The notes beneath the pieces were generated by a model. It worked only from the letters and a program-made list of their open reading frames with translations. It did no database searches and was not told where the DNA came from. Below, in pieces: positions 19,231 through 28,430 of a stretch of 64,000 nt of DNA (positions are counted from its first letter, which is position 1; each line of letters opens with the position of its first letter). Source of the stretch: Candidatus Parcubacteria bacterium (GTDB lineage: Bacteria; Patescibacteriota; Minisyncoccia; Phycocordibacterales; JAKFXT01); assembly GCA_021414235.1 (NCBI GenBank), contig JAIOOV010000004.1, positions 473,591 through 537,590 on the forward strand, written 5' to 3'. The translations under genes were made by a program, and so were the position numbers.

Positions 19231-22200
19231 GTGAGTTTCGTCCATCTCCATACCCATAGTCACTACAGTCTCCTCACTGCGCTCCCCAAAGTGAAGCAGC
19301 TCGTGGCTGCAGCCAAGAAAGACGGCGCTACTGCGCTCGCCCTCACCGACAACGGCAACATGTATGGCGCGATCGAGTTCTACAAGCGCTGCAAGGACGA
19401 AGGTATCAAAGCCATCCTGGGAGTAGATTTCTACCTCGCGCTCCGCACCCGCTTCGACAAGCAGCCGGGCGTGGATAACCGCCGCTTCCGCCTGGTGCTC
19501 CTCGCGGAGAATCTCGCGGGCTACAAGAACCTCATAAAGCTGGTCACTGCTTCGAACCTGGAGGGCTTCTACTACAAGCCGCGTGTAGACAAGGATCTCT
19601 TGCGCCAACATTCCGAAGGCCTCATCGCTCTCATTCCTTCTTTTTCTGGTGACACTACGCTGGCGCTTAAGAGCGGAGACATCGAGAAGGCAGATTTCCT
19701 CGTCTCGGAATACAAATCAATATTCGGAGAGAATAACGTCTTCCTGGAACTCTCCCATCATCCGGAAATTGAAGGTCACGAAGCGACCGGTACGCTCATA
19801 AAAGAGCTAGGGAAGCGCACCAACACCCCGCTCGCCGCCGCCCACGATACGTATTACATCCACCCCGAGGACAAGCGCGCCCGCGAGACGCTCGTCTCCA
19901 TCCAGAGCAACACAGATTTTGAAAAGAATGGATTCCAAGAGGATGCCTCTGACTTCTCATTCATAACCGAAAAGAAAGCCTTAGAGCTCTTCAAGAATGA
20001 GCCAGAGGCACTCGCCAACACTGCAGCCATCGCGGAGCGCTGCAATGTGAGCCTCGACCTCGGCAAGTGGGTCTTCCCTAACTTAAAGATCGAAGAAGGT
20101 AAGACGTATGATCAGGCGCTCCGCGACGTGGTCATGCTGGGCTTTGAGCGCCGCAACGTAGTACAGGACGAGACGACCATGAAGCGCGTCAATTACGAGC
20201 TTGAGGTCATTGAGAAGAAGGGCTATGCCCCTTACTTCCTAGTGGTAGCCGACCTGCTGCGCTTCGCGCACGAGAACCACATCTTCACCACCATCCGCGG
20301 CTCGGTGGCAGGCTCCATGGTGACCTACCTTGCAGGTATCACCAACGTGAACCCCCTCGAGTACAAGCTCCCCTTCGAGCGCTTCCTAAACCCCGAACGC
20401 CCCTCCGCTCCGGATATCGACATGGACTACGCCGATAATCGACGCGATGAGATGCTCGAATACGCGCGTCAGAAGTATGGCCGCGACCATGTGGCCCAGA
20501 TCGGTACCTTCGGCACCATGATGGCGCGCGGCGCCGTGCGCGACGTAACGCGTGCCATGGGCTTCTCCTACGCTATTGGCGATCGCATCGCCAAACTCAT
20601 TCCTTTTGGTGCACAAGGTTTCCCCATGACCATCGACCGTGCGCTCGAAGAGACCGCAGAGCTTAAGGAAATCTACGACAAAGAGGCGGAAGCCAAGGAG
20701 ATCATCGAGATGGCCAAGAAAATCGAAGGCTGTGCCCGACACATCTCCATCCACGCCGCGGGCGTGGTCATATCTCCCGTACCCCTTAACGAGATGGTGC
20801 CGCTCCAGTTCGACCCCAAAGAAGGCGACAAGATCATCACCCAGTACGACATGCGCGCAGTGGAAGAAGCTGGCCTTCTCAAGTTCGACTTCCTCGGTAT
20901 AAGAAACCTGGCCATCCTCGCGGACGCGGTGCAGCAGGTGAATGCGCGCCACGGCGGCAACCTCGATATCGAACGGATCCCGCTTGATGATCCCAAGACT
21001 TTCGCCATGCTCGCCAAGGGCGAGACCATGGGTCTCTTCCAGCTGAACGGCTCCGGTATGACCCGCTACCTCAAGGAGCTCAAACCCACCACCATTCACG
21101 ACATCAACGCCATGGTGGCGCTCTACCGCCCAGGCCCTATGGAATCGATCCCCATGTATATTGAGCGCAAGCAGGATGCGAGCAAAGTAAGCTACCTCGA
21201 TCCCCGTCTCCGGACGATACTCGATCAGTCCTACGGCGTGATCACGTACCAGGACGACGTGATGCTCATCGCCATCGAGCTCGCAGGCTACTCCTGGCTT
21301 GAAGCAGACAAGCTGCGTAAAGCCATGGGCAAGAAGATCCCAGCAGAGATGGAGGCGCAGAAGGAGCACCTCCGCCAAGGATTCGTGGAGCACGGGCTCA
21401 CGCCCGGGAAAGCTGAGGCACTCTGGAAGCTCATCGAGCCCTTCGCTTCCTACGGTTTCAACAAAGCGCACGCCGCAAGCTACGGCCGCGTGGCCTACCA
21501 GACAGCCTTCATGAAGGCCAACTACCCTGGGGAGTATATGACTGCTGTGCTCACGGCAGAATCGGGCAATACGGAAGAAGTAGCCACCATCATCCATGAG
21601 TGTAAGCGCATGGGCATCCCCGTGCTCCCGCCGGAGATCAATCAGAGCTACAAGGACTTCACCTTGGTAGAAGAGGGCGGCAAGCCTGCCATCCGCTTCG
21701 GCCTCGGCAGCATCAAGAACTTCGGTGAAGGCATCGCGGAGGCACTCATCACCGAGCGCGAAGCGCGCGGACCCTTCAAGAGCTTGGCTGATTTCCTAGA
21801 GCGCCTGCAGAATCGCAATCTCAACAAGAAATCCTTGGAGTCCCTCATCTACGCCGGAGCCTTCGACAACTTCGCGGAGCGTGCGCGGCTCCTCGCCTCC
21901 GTCGAAGACCTCCTCACTTACAATCGCGAGAGCGGCAAACAGAACAGCGATCAGAGCTCCCTCTTCGGAGGACTCGCCATGGCCCCGAGCACCATCCGCC
22001 TCCAGGAAGCGCCGCCCATGGAGATGGCGGACAAATTACGTTTTGAAAAAGAATTGCTCGGCCTCTACGTCTCCGGGCACCCGCTCGATCGTTTCCAGGA
22101 GAAGCTCTCCAAGGCCATGACCATCAAGCATATCCGCGAGGAGATGAAGCCGGGAATGGTAGCAGTCGTCTCTGGAATAGTGGAAGAGGTCAAACCAATC

Positions 22201-22404
22201 CTCACAAAGAAAGGAGACAAGATGATCTTCCTGAAGATGTCCGACTTCACTGGCGTGATCGAGCTCGTAGTCTTCCCCAAGATATATCAGCCGCTCCAGG
22301 AGCTTTTCATACCGGATCGCTGCATCGCGGTGCGCGGCGCCATCAGTGCCCGCGAAGGCGAACTCTCCATATTGGCGGATGCGGCCAAGCCGCTGACCGT
22401 CTGA
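19231..22404 (+). CDS. dnaE: DNA polymerase III alpha subunit
   Basis: FVHLHTHSHYSLL PHP domain, FERFLNPERPSAPDIDMD, YGFNKAHAASY, OB domain. Confidence 0.98.
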   Translation: MSFVHLHTHSHYSLLTALPKVKQLVAAAKKDGATALALTDNGNMYGAIEFYKRCKDEGIKAILGVDFYLALRTRFDKQPGVDNRRFRLVLLAENLAGYKNLIKLVTASNLEGFYYKPRVDKDLLRQHSEGLIALIPSFSGDTTLALKSGDIEKADFLVSEYKSIFGENNVFLELSHHPEIEGHEATGTLIKELGKRTNTPLAAAHDTYYIHPEDKRARETLVSIQSNTDFEKNGFQEDASDFSFITEKKALELFKNEPEALANTAAIAERCNVSLDLGKWVFPNLKIEEGKTYDQALRDVVMLGFERRNVVQDETTMKRVNYELEVIEKKGYAPYFLVVADLLRFAHENHIFTTIRGSVAGSMVTYLAGITNVNPLEYKLPFERFLNPERPSAPDIDMDYADNRRDEMLEYARQKYGRDHVAQIGTFGTMMARGAVRDVTRAMGFSYAIGDRIAKLIPFGAQGFPMTIDRALEETAELKEIYDKEAEAKEIIEMAKKIEGCARHISIHAAGVVISPVPLNEMVPLQFDPKEGDKIITQYDMRAVEEAGLLKFDFLGIRNLAILADAVQQVNARHGGNLDIERIPLDDPKTFAMLAKGETMGLFQLNGSGMTRYLKELKPTTIHDINAMVALYRPGPMESIPMYIERKQDASKVSYLDPRLRTILDQSYGVITYQDDVMLIAIELAGYSWLEADKLRKAMGKKIPAEMEAQKEHLRQGFVEHGLTPGKAEALWKLIEPFASYGFNKAHAASYGRVAYQTAFMKANYPGEYMTAVLTAESGNTEEVATIIHECKRMGIPVLPPEINQSYKDFTLVEEGGKPAIRFGLGSIKNFGEGIAEALITEREARGPFKSLADFLERLQNRNLNKKSLESLIYAGAFDNFAERARLLASVEDLLTYNRESGKQNSDQSSLFGGLAMAPSTIRLQEAPPMEMADKLRFEKELLGLYVSGHPLDRFQEKLSKAMTIKHIREEMKPGMVAVVSGIVEEVKPILTKKGDKMIFLKMSDFTGVIELVVFPKIYQPLQELFIPDRCIAVRGAISAREGELSILADAAKPLTV

Positions 22405-22444
22405 CCCTTTGTCTTGAGCCGGGGAATTGATACTATGTCCGAAT

Positions 22445-23677
22445 ATGAACGCAAATCCGGACGAAATCGCTAAAGACCACGATCACCGCACCTTGGGCAA
22501 GGAGCTCGACCTCTTCACCTTCTCCGAGCTCGTAGGTCCGGGACTTCCCCTCTGGACCCCCCGAGGCACCATCCTCCGCGAAGAGCTGGACAAGTACGTC
22601 TGGGAACTCCGCTCCCGCTATGGCTACCAGAAGGTGACCATCCCGCACATAACCAAGCGCGAGCTCTACGAGACCTCCGGCCACTGGGAAAAGTTCGCTG
22701 GCGACCTCTTTCGTATTGTCTCCCGCGAAGGCAAGGACTACGCGTTGAAGCCGATGAACTGCCCGCATCACACGCAGATCTTCGACCGTAAGCCCCACTC
22801 CTACCGCGAGATGCCCCAGCGCTACGCCGAGACCACCATGGTGTATCGCGACGAGCAGTCCGGCGAATTGGGCGGCCTCACCCGTGTACTCTCCATCACC
22901 CAGGACGATGCGCACGTGTTCTGCCGCATGAGCCAGATTCGCGAAGAATTCCTCAACATCTGGGATATCGTGGATACCTTCTACAAGACGTTCGGCTTCA
23001 GCCTGCGGGTACGCCTCTCCTTCCGCGACCCCAGCACTCCGGAGAAATATATCGGTACCAAAGAAATCTGGGACAAAGCCGAAGCAGAACTCCGAGAGAT
23101 GGCGGAGGAGCGTGGCGCTGACTATATCGAAGGCCCTGGTGAAGCCGCCCTCTACGGACCAAAGCTCGACTTCATGGCTAAGAACGCCGCAGGGAGAGAG
23201 TGGCAGGTAGCCACCATCCAGCTCGACCTCAACCAGCCAGAGCGTTTTAATCTCACCTGCGTAAACGAGAAGGGAGAGAAGGAGCGTATCGCCATGATCC
23301 ATGCCGCTATCACTGGCTCCATCGAGCGCGCTACCGCCGTAATCCTGGAACACCTCGGCGGCGTACTCCCCGCCTGGCTCTCACCAGTACAGGTAGCCCT
23401 CCTCCCTGTGAGCGACAAGCACAAGGAATATGCGGAGTCCGTGCACAAAGAACTCATAGCTGCGGGCGTACGCGCAGAGCTCGCAGCGGATAATGAAAGT
23501 CTGGGTAAGCGTATCCGCGAAGCCAAGCTCATGAAGATCCCCTATCTCCTCGTCGTAGGAGACAAGGAGGTGGAGAGCAATCAAGTCTCTGCAGAGAATC
23601 GCTCAGGCAGCCTCGGCGCGATGAGTCTTGGAGATTTCAAAGGGATGATTTTGAAGGAGATACAGGAGAGAAAGTAA
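22445..23677 (+). CDS. thrS: Threonine--tRNA ligase (lacks N-terminal TGS/editing domains)
   Basis: DHRTLGKELDLF, LKPMNCPHH, GEAALYGPKLD, anticodon-binding domain. Confidence 0.96.
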   Translation: MNANPDEIAKDHDHRTLGKELDLFTFSELVGPGLPLWTPRGTILREELDKYVWELRSRYGYQKVTIPHITKRELYETSGHWEKFAGDLFRIVSREGKDYALKPMNCPHHTQIFDRKPHSYREMPQRYAETTMVYRDEQSGELGGLTRVLSITQDDAHVFCRMSQIREEFLNIWDIVDTFYKTFGFSLRVRLSFRDPSTPEKYIGTKEIWDKAEAELREMAEERGADYIEGPGEAALYGPKLDFMAKNAAGREWQVATIQLDLNQPERFNLTCVNEKGEKERIAMIHAAITGSIERATAVILEHLGGVLPAWLSPVQVALLPVSDKHKEYAESVHKELIAAGVRAELAADNESLGKRIREAKLMKIPYLLVVGDKEVESNQVSAENRSGSLGAMSLGDFKGMILKEIQERK

Positions 23678-23687
23678 GAAAAGTTCG

Positions 23688-23721
23688 AACGGCCGTCCCA
23701 AGCATGCTTGGGACGGCCGTT
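23688..23721. terminator. Perfect 34-bp palindrome between convergent genes
   Basis: aacggccgtcccaagca|tgcttgggacggccgtt. Confidence 0.6.
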
Positions 23722-23746
23722 TGGCGTTGAAGGACTGCGACTGGCT

Positions 23747-24163
23747 TCACCAGCCGTTGGGGCAAGCTCGCGTCCTCATTTCGTCCGTGAGCTTGTACTT
23801 CTCGGCATCTGCCGAGTAATCGCGGTAGAGACCGGTGGAGCTGAAGGCCGAAACCTGCCGCGGAAGCAGCTGGCCGGCGTCATAGATCAGGTCGTAGAAG
23901 TTCCCGCCGGCGTCGTTGATGAAGACGTGCATGGGGTGACCGAGCTTCTGAGGGCAGTTGAATCGCCAGAAGTTCGGATGCCGCTCGACCCTCATACTGA
24001 TCGTGCCGGACTCGCGAGCCCAGCTGTAGTCGTGGCCAAGGTGGGTCACCTGGCCATAGACGACCGGTGGATACTGGGCGAAGCTTGCCGAGACACTCGC
24101 CAACGACACCAGCAAGCTCAGCGCGACCAAACGGAACAACTTGAGCATTTGAGACCTCCTCAT
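23747..24163 (-). CDS. Hypothetical secreted protein
   Basis: Signal peptide (LVALSLLVSLASVSASFA-Q); AGGAGG RBS before an internal ATG (MLKLF); upstream promoter. Confidence 0.7.
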   Translation of the reverse strand: MRRSQMLKLFRLVALSLLVSLASVSASFAQYPPVVYGQVTHLGHDYSWARESGTISMRVERHPNFWRFNCPQKLGHPMHVFINDAGGNFYDLIYDAGQLLPRQVSAFSSTGLYRDYSADAEKYKLTDEMRTRACPNGW

Positions 24164-24188
24164 TCTGCTCGTTGAAACACTGCTTTAT

Positions 24189-24217
24189 ACTATACACTAT
24201 AAATATACATAAGTCAA
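24189..24217 (-). promoter_or_regulatory. Sigma70-type promoter
   Basis: TTGACT-17 bp-TATAGT on the minus strand, upstream of the 23747 ORF. Confidence 0.65.
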
Positions 24218-24230
24218 GCTAAGTGAAGCA

Positions 24231-24265
24231 AGCAAAAAGCCGCTCCAAAGGAGCGGCTTTTTGCT
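24231..24265. terminator. Intrinsic terminator
   Basis: agcaaaaagccgctcc-aaa-ggagcggctttttgct. Confidence 0.75.
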
Positions 24266-24281
24266 TTAGTAACAAAGTGAA

Positions 24282-26123
24282 TTATGCCTCAGGGAATTCC
24301 TTGCGGCTCTCGCGAGCAGCCATGTCCATGACACGGGATACTGCGAGACGTGCGCCCAAGAGCTTCGAGCTGTAGCTCTCATCCCCTGCTCCGATGAGTG
24401 CCGTGATGGCGGACTCGAGCGTCTGGAGGCTCCAGCCGGCGGTCGCAGTAAGCGACTGCTCGTTGGCACCAATCTCACGCACAGTGCGGAAGCGGTGTAC
24501 CTTGTCGAGCTCGTAGGAAGCCGCCTTGAGGAACTCAGGGATGTTGTGACCCTGCGCATCGAGCATGTGGAGGAGCGCAGAACTCTTGGTGCTGTTCCCT
24601 GCTGCGAGCCAGCGTACGAACATCGGCACCATAGAGAGATAGGTGGAGAAGAGCATCTCGCGGACACGCGTTGCCGAGAGCGAGAGCCAAGAGTATTCCG
24701 GCTTCTCGTACCAGGCATGCGCCACTTCGGTGAGTTCAGAGAGAACATTCTGGGCCTGCTCTGCCTTACCATCCGCTGCAGAGAGGATGAGGGCAGCTGC
24801 ATCCTCGGAGAGGAGGATTTCCTTCTCACGAGCGTAGCTTACGAGCATCTCATAGATGCGAGTCTTCTCCTCATTGCTCATGCCGGTCGCAACCTTAGGT
24901 GCTGCAGGAGCCGCCTTGAGGGTGCGAATCTGGCTTACGAGATCAAGCGGTGCATCAGCTTCCTTGCGGAGAGCGAGTGCTGCCGGAGCTGCCACTACCT
25001 CAGGGGTAGCAACTGGCTCTGCAACCTCTTCAACAACAGGAAGCGAGACTTCCATCACCGAGCTTAGAGCGACAGTGCGCGGCAGCGGCGTGAACGGATT
25101 AAGGAGATCTGCATAAGGCTTGAGTGCAGCGCCCACGGAGAGAGCGTAGCGGGACATGTCATCCCCCATGGAAGCGAGAGGCTGGAATACCTGCATCGAG
25201 CGCGAGATACCACCGGCATAGACCATGCCGTAGGAGAACATCGCGGAGAGACCAAGAAGCCCGAAGAGGAAGAAATACGTGAAGAGGGTGTCGCCTACGC
25301 CGGTGTACGGGATGGAACCGAGGTTCACCGAGACGAAGGATGCGAGCGGAGAGCTGCCAGTCACGCGGGTGAGCTCGACGTTCGGCATCGTACCGCCGCC
25401 GCCGGTGGAGCTACCGCCACCAGAAGAACTGGAAGACGAGCTGCTACCACCGCCAGAGGAAGATCCTGGAGGAGGCGGAGGAGGTGGGGGCGGAGGAGGA
25501 GGCGGAGGCACTTCTATACCGCCAGAGGAAGAACCGGAAGAAGAACCCGGAGGAGGCGGAGGAGGTGGGGGCGGAGGAGGTACCTCTATACCACCAGAGG
25601 AAGAGCTAGGAGGTGGTGGTGGGGGCGGCGGAGGAGGCGGAGGGGAAGGAGGTTCGATGTTCGGACCCGCTTCTATAGGACCACCAGAGGAGGAACTACC
25701 TGTCTCGCCGCCGGAAGATGAGCCACCGCAGCCCTCGCAGCCACCCGAAGAGGAGCCCATACCATCGCTGGAGCCGCCACATCCTTCACAACCGCCAGAG
25801 GAAGAACCCATGCCGTCGCTAGAGCCACCACAACCCTCGCAGCCACCGGAAGAGGAGCCCATACCATCGCTGGAGCCGCCACATCCTTCACAACCGCCAG
25901 AGGAAGAACCCATGCCGTCGCTAGAGCCACCCTCGGCTCCGCCACCGTCGCCGCCACCATCCGAGGAGCCCATGCCGCCACCGTCGCCGCCTTCCTGAGC
26001 AAAGACGCTGGAAATGGAATTACCAGTAAAATTATTCGAAAGAGAAAAACCGACCACGAATGAGGCTATGGTGAGCACGAGGGCACTGCTGATGATTAGA
26101 TTTTCTTTAAGGAATTGGTTCAT
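24282..26123 (-). CDS. Surface protein with Gly/Ser/Cys repeats, poly-Pro stalk, IPYTG motif, TM helix and C-terminal domain
   Basis: N-terminal hydrophobic segment, 4x GGSSDGMGSSSGGCEGC, three poly-Pro runs, IPYTG at 25299-25313 followed by a hydrophobic helix. Confidence 0.85.
   Translation of the reverse strand: MNQFLKENLIISSALVLTIASFVVGFSLSNNFTGNSISSVFAQEGGDGGGMGSSDGGGDGGGAEGGSSDGMGSSSGGCEGCGGSSDGMGSSSGGCEGCGGSSDGMGSSSGGCEGCGGSSDGMGSSSGGCEGCGGSSSGGETGSSSSGGPIEAGPNIEPPSPPPPPPPPPPPPSSSSGGIEVPPPPPPPPPPPGSSSGSSSGGIEVPPPPPPPPPPPPPPGSSSGGGSSSSSSSSGGGSSTGGGGTMPNVELTRVTGSSPLASFVSVNLGSIPYTGVGDTLFTYFFLFGLLGLSAMFSYGMVYAGGISRSMQVFQPLASMGDDMSRYALSVGAALKPYADLLNPFTPLPRTVALSSVMEVSLPVVEEVAEPVATPEVVAAPAALALRKEADAPLDLVSQIRTLKAAPAAPKVATGMSNEEKTRIYEMLVSYAREKEILLSEDAAALILSAADGKAEQAQNVLSELTEVAHAWYEKPEYSWLSLSATRVREMLFSTYLSMVPMFVRWLAAGNSTKSSALLHMLDAQGHNIPEFLKAASYELDKVHRFRTVREIGANEQSLTATAGWSLQTLESAITALIGAGDESYSSKLLGARLAVSRVMDMAARESRKEFPEA
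25720..25931 (-). repeat. Coding tandem repeat, 4 x 51 bp (organised as 2 x 102 bp)
   Basis: Unit encodes GGSSDGMGSSSGGCEGC; alternate units share codon usage. Confidence 0.9.
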
Positions 26124-26273
26124 ATCTGTCTTAAAATTCTCGTGTCATAGCACCTCGACGAGATGCTATAGCGCAAAAATTGAATGTGCTTAATTGGCAC
26201 GATTCAATATAGAAGTGATGGCGGAGCGCGCCGAAACGCGCTCCGCACACCAGAAGTTCAGTCCCCTTCCCGG

Positions 26274-27422
26274 TCAGATCGTGCCGACTCGGAAGCTGAG
26301 CACCCCTCGGCCGGAGCCGGAGAGCACTTTCTCCCCGAGGTTGTCCTGCGCACGAATGCGCAAGGCTCCGGTGTTCTTGTCACCGTAGCCATCAGGCAGA
26401 CAGTCGCAGGCCTGAGGATACCCCGCCACGTAGGCGGGATTCTCCGACCACACCGCTGCGCCCATTCCCTTCCGACCAAGTGAAGGAGGGATGTAGAGCG
26501 CGACTTCGCCTGCGAACGGGAATTCGCCGAGGAAATCACCCTTGTCCCCTTCCTTCTTGATGAGCGTGAGGGTCGCAGTACCGCCCGAAGAGAGCGGCAC
26601 CTGGACCTTCATGCCGAGGGGTTTCCCTGCCGCGTTCGCCTCTTTAAGGGCGATGTGCATGATGACGTGCCGCGTATCGAGCGGCACGGTCTTACGCAGA
26701 TGGTCCGGGGAGAGGTTTCGAGAATCCTGCGCCTCGCACCAGAGCTTGTTGGCATCGCCGACCGGCTGGAAGGCCTGGAGGCAGAGACGGAAGTGGCCCC
26801 GCATCGAGGCGACGCAGGCGCCGGTCGCCGAAACTTGCAGCGGCGGAGACGCGACAACGGGCCTCTGCCCACGGGCATCCACCCGCCAGAAGTTTTTGCA
26901 CCCGTTGAACTGGCCGATGTACATGCCATCGATCAGGCAGACTTTGGTGCCCCGATCCGAATGACCTTCAGGGACGTTCCCGATGGCCACCCTTACATGC
27001 TCCTGGACCACATGTTCCTCTTTCTTGGTCCGAGGATTCTCCCGAGTGAAAGTGAGACGATCGAGCACGACGCCATTCGGCAGAACTGCGTCGGCACACT
27101 CGTTGTTGTTGATCATCCGCTTGAAGCGGATGCACTGACCGACGTTGAGGCCGAGCAATCGACAGTTGGTGTCGACGTCAGCCTTGTTGCCATTGGCGTG
27201 CATGGTCTGCCACGCCTTCCCCAACGCCGTAGAGACCGGCGCGCTGGGGAAAGCTTCAACAGGAACCATAGCGGTCACATGCTCCCCCGAGACCCCCGGG
27301 AGAGAAAGCTGACCCACGCTGACCGCCGAGCCGGAGCTCGCGCTCTGGCCGATGCCCTGCGGGGCGCAGGCTGCAAGCCCGAAGGCCAGCAGCACAACAA
27401 GAAGACTGTATACTTTCTTCAC
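26274..27422 (-). CDS. Hypothetical Cys-rich lipoprotein
   Basis: GTG start giving MKKVYSLLVVLLAFGLAAC (lipobox LAA-C), AGAGAGGTGG RBS. Confidence 0.75.
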   Translation of the reverse strand: MKKVYSLLVVLLAFGLAACAPQGIGQSASSGSAVSVGQLSLPGVSGEHVTAMVPVEAFPSAPVSTALGKAWQTMHANGNKADVDTNCRLLGLNVGQCIRFKRMINNNECADAVLPNGVVLDRLTFTRENPRTKKEEHVVQEHVRVAIGNVPEGHSDRGTKVCLIDGMYIGQFNGCKNFWRVDARGQRPVVASPPLQVSATGACVASMRGHFRLCLQAFQPVGDANKLWCEAQDSRNLSPDHLRKTVPLDTRHVIMHIALKEANAAGKPLGMKVQVPLSSGGTATLTLIKKEGDKGDFLGEFPFAGEVALYIPPSLGRKGMGAAVWSENPAYVAGYPQACDCLPDGYGDKNTGALRIRAQDNLGEKVLSGSGRGVLSFRVGTI

Positions 27423-27522
27423 GACACCACCTCTCTTCTTGATATGGGATTCTGAACTTCTTACGACAAACAACGGTCCGCAATTCTTATGCGGAGCTAC
27501 CCGATCAAGAAAAGGTGTTTAG

Positions 27523-28176
27523 TCAGTTCTCGAACGGATAGCTCTTCACAAAATGCGCTGTGACTACGAAGCGCTCTTCTTTCGCTCCCCACACGTTACA
27601 AGTAGACAGGATGAGCTTCCCCTCCTTCTTCCCTATCTCCACAGTCTGATTCCCTGCGAGTACCTTCTCCACGGAATCCACTACATAGAGAAAGGTGGTA
27701 TTCGCCCCCGAGAGCTCGATCTCATCCCCGCGCTTCAGCTCCTTCAGCCGATTAAACACCTTGTAGGCCTGGTTGTGCACTACCGGAAGCCCAGAGCTGT
27801 GGCCGAACAAGAGGATGTTCTGATTGCTCCCCAGGAGCCCTGAGCCGGGATAGTGCACCGGGCCCTCCTGGAGGGCCTTCTCCAGCACCGTGTCGTCCTG
27901 GGTCGAAGGGCTCCGCACTGCGGTCGAGAGTTTGATTGCGGGGATACTCACGGCCCGTACTACGCCGAGTTCTGCTGAGATAGACGGAAGAGTAGCCACT
28001 TCCTTTCCGAGGATGAGCCCCCTCCAGAATTCCCGGAGACCTAAGGGAGCCAACCCGATGGCCGAGAGAGCGAAGGAGAGGAGAGCGAACACGACGAGCA
28101 GAAGGAGGAGAAAACGCCTACGCTGAGGCTTTTTATCTGTATCTTCATTCATCTGGTGCTCATTCTTAGCTTCCAT
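27523..28176 (-). CDS. Sortase
   Basis: N-terminal TM helix; GPVHYPGSG, LFGHSS, LILSTC, ERFVV give the His/Cys/Arg catalytic triad. Confidence 0.9.
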   Translation of the reverse strand: MEAKNEHQMNEDTDKKPQRRRFLLLLLVVFALLSFALSAIGLAPLGLREFWRGLILGKEVATLPSISAELGVVRAVSIPAIKLSTAVRSPSTQDDTVLEKALQEGPVHYPGSGLLGSNQNILLFGHSSGLPVVHNQAYKVFNRLKELKRGDEIELSGANTTFLYVVDSVEKVLAGNQTVEIGKKEGKLILSTCNVWGAKEERFVVTAHFVKSYPFEN

Positions 28177-28246
28177 GGCTGTTATGTCAACGTTCGGCGT
28201 TAGACGCACATTGCTATTTTTTTTAGATAAAGTCAAGGGCTCTCTC

Positions 28247-28284
28247 GCGCCTCTTCCCACTTTTCTAAAAGTGGGAAGAGGCGC
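28247..28284. other. 18-bp inverted repeat in a structured intergenic region
   Basis: gcgcctcttcccactttt-ct-aaaagtgggaagaggcgc. Confidence 0.7.
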
Positions 28285-28430
28285 CCTTCTCTGGTACTTG
28301 CAGGGAGGACTCGGGATTGTCATACTCCGCCCATACCAACGTCCTTCCTGCTAAAGGCACTTGTACCCGCAGAGCTGTAGCTCAGGAATGACTTGACAGG
28401 AGCATAAAATTATAGTAGTTAGAACACATT

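Noticed and set aside
25279-25998. Plus-strand ORF with PPEEEP repeats and poly-Gly
   Set aside because: Antisense reading of the Gly/Ser/Pro repeats of the 613-aa gene, which has a signal segment, TM helix and terminator.
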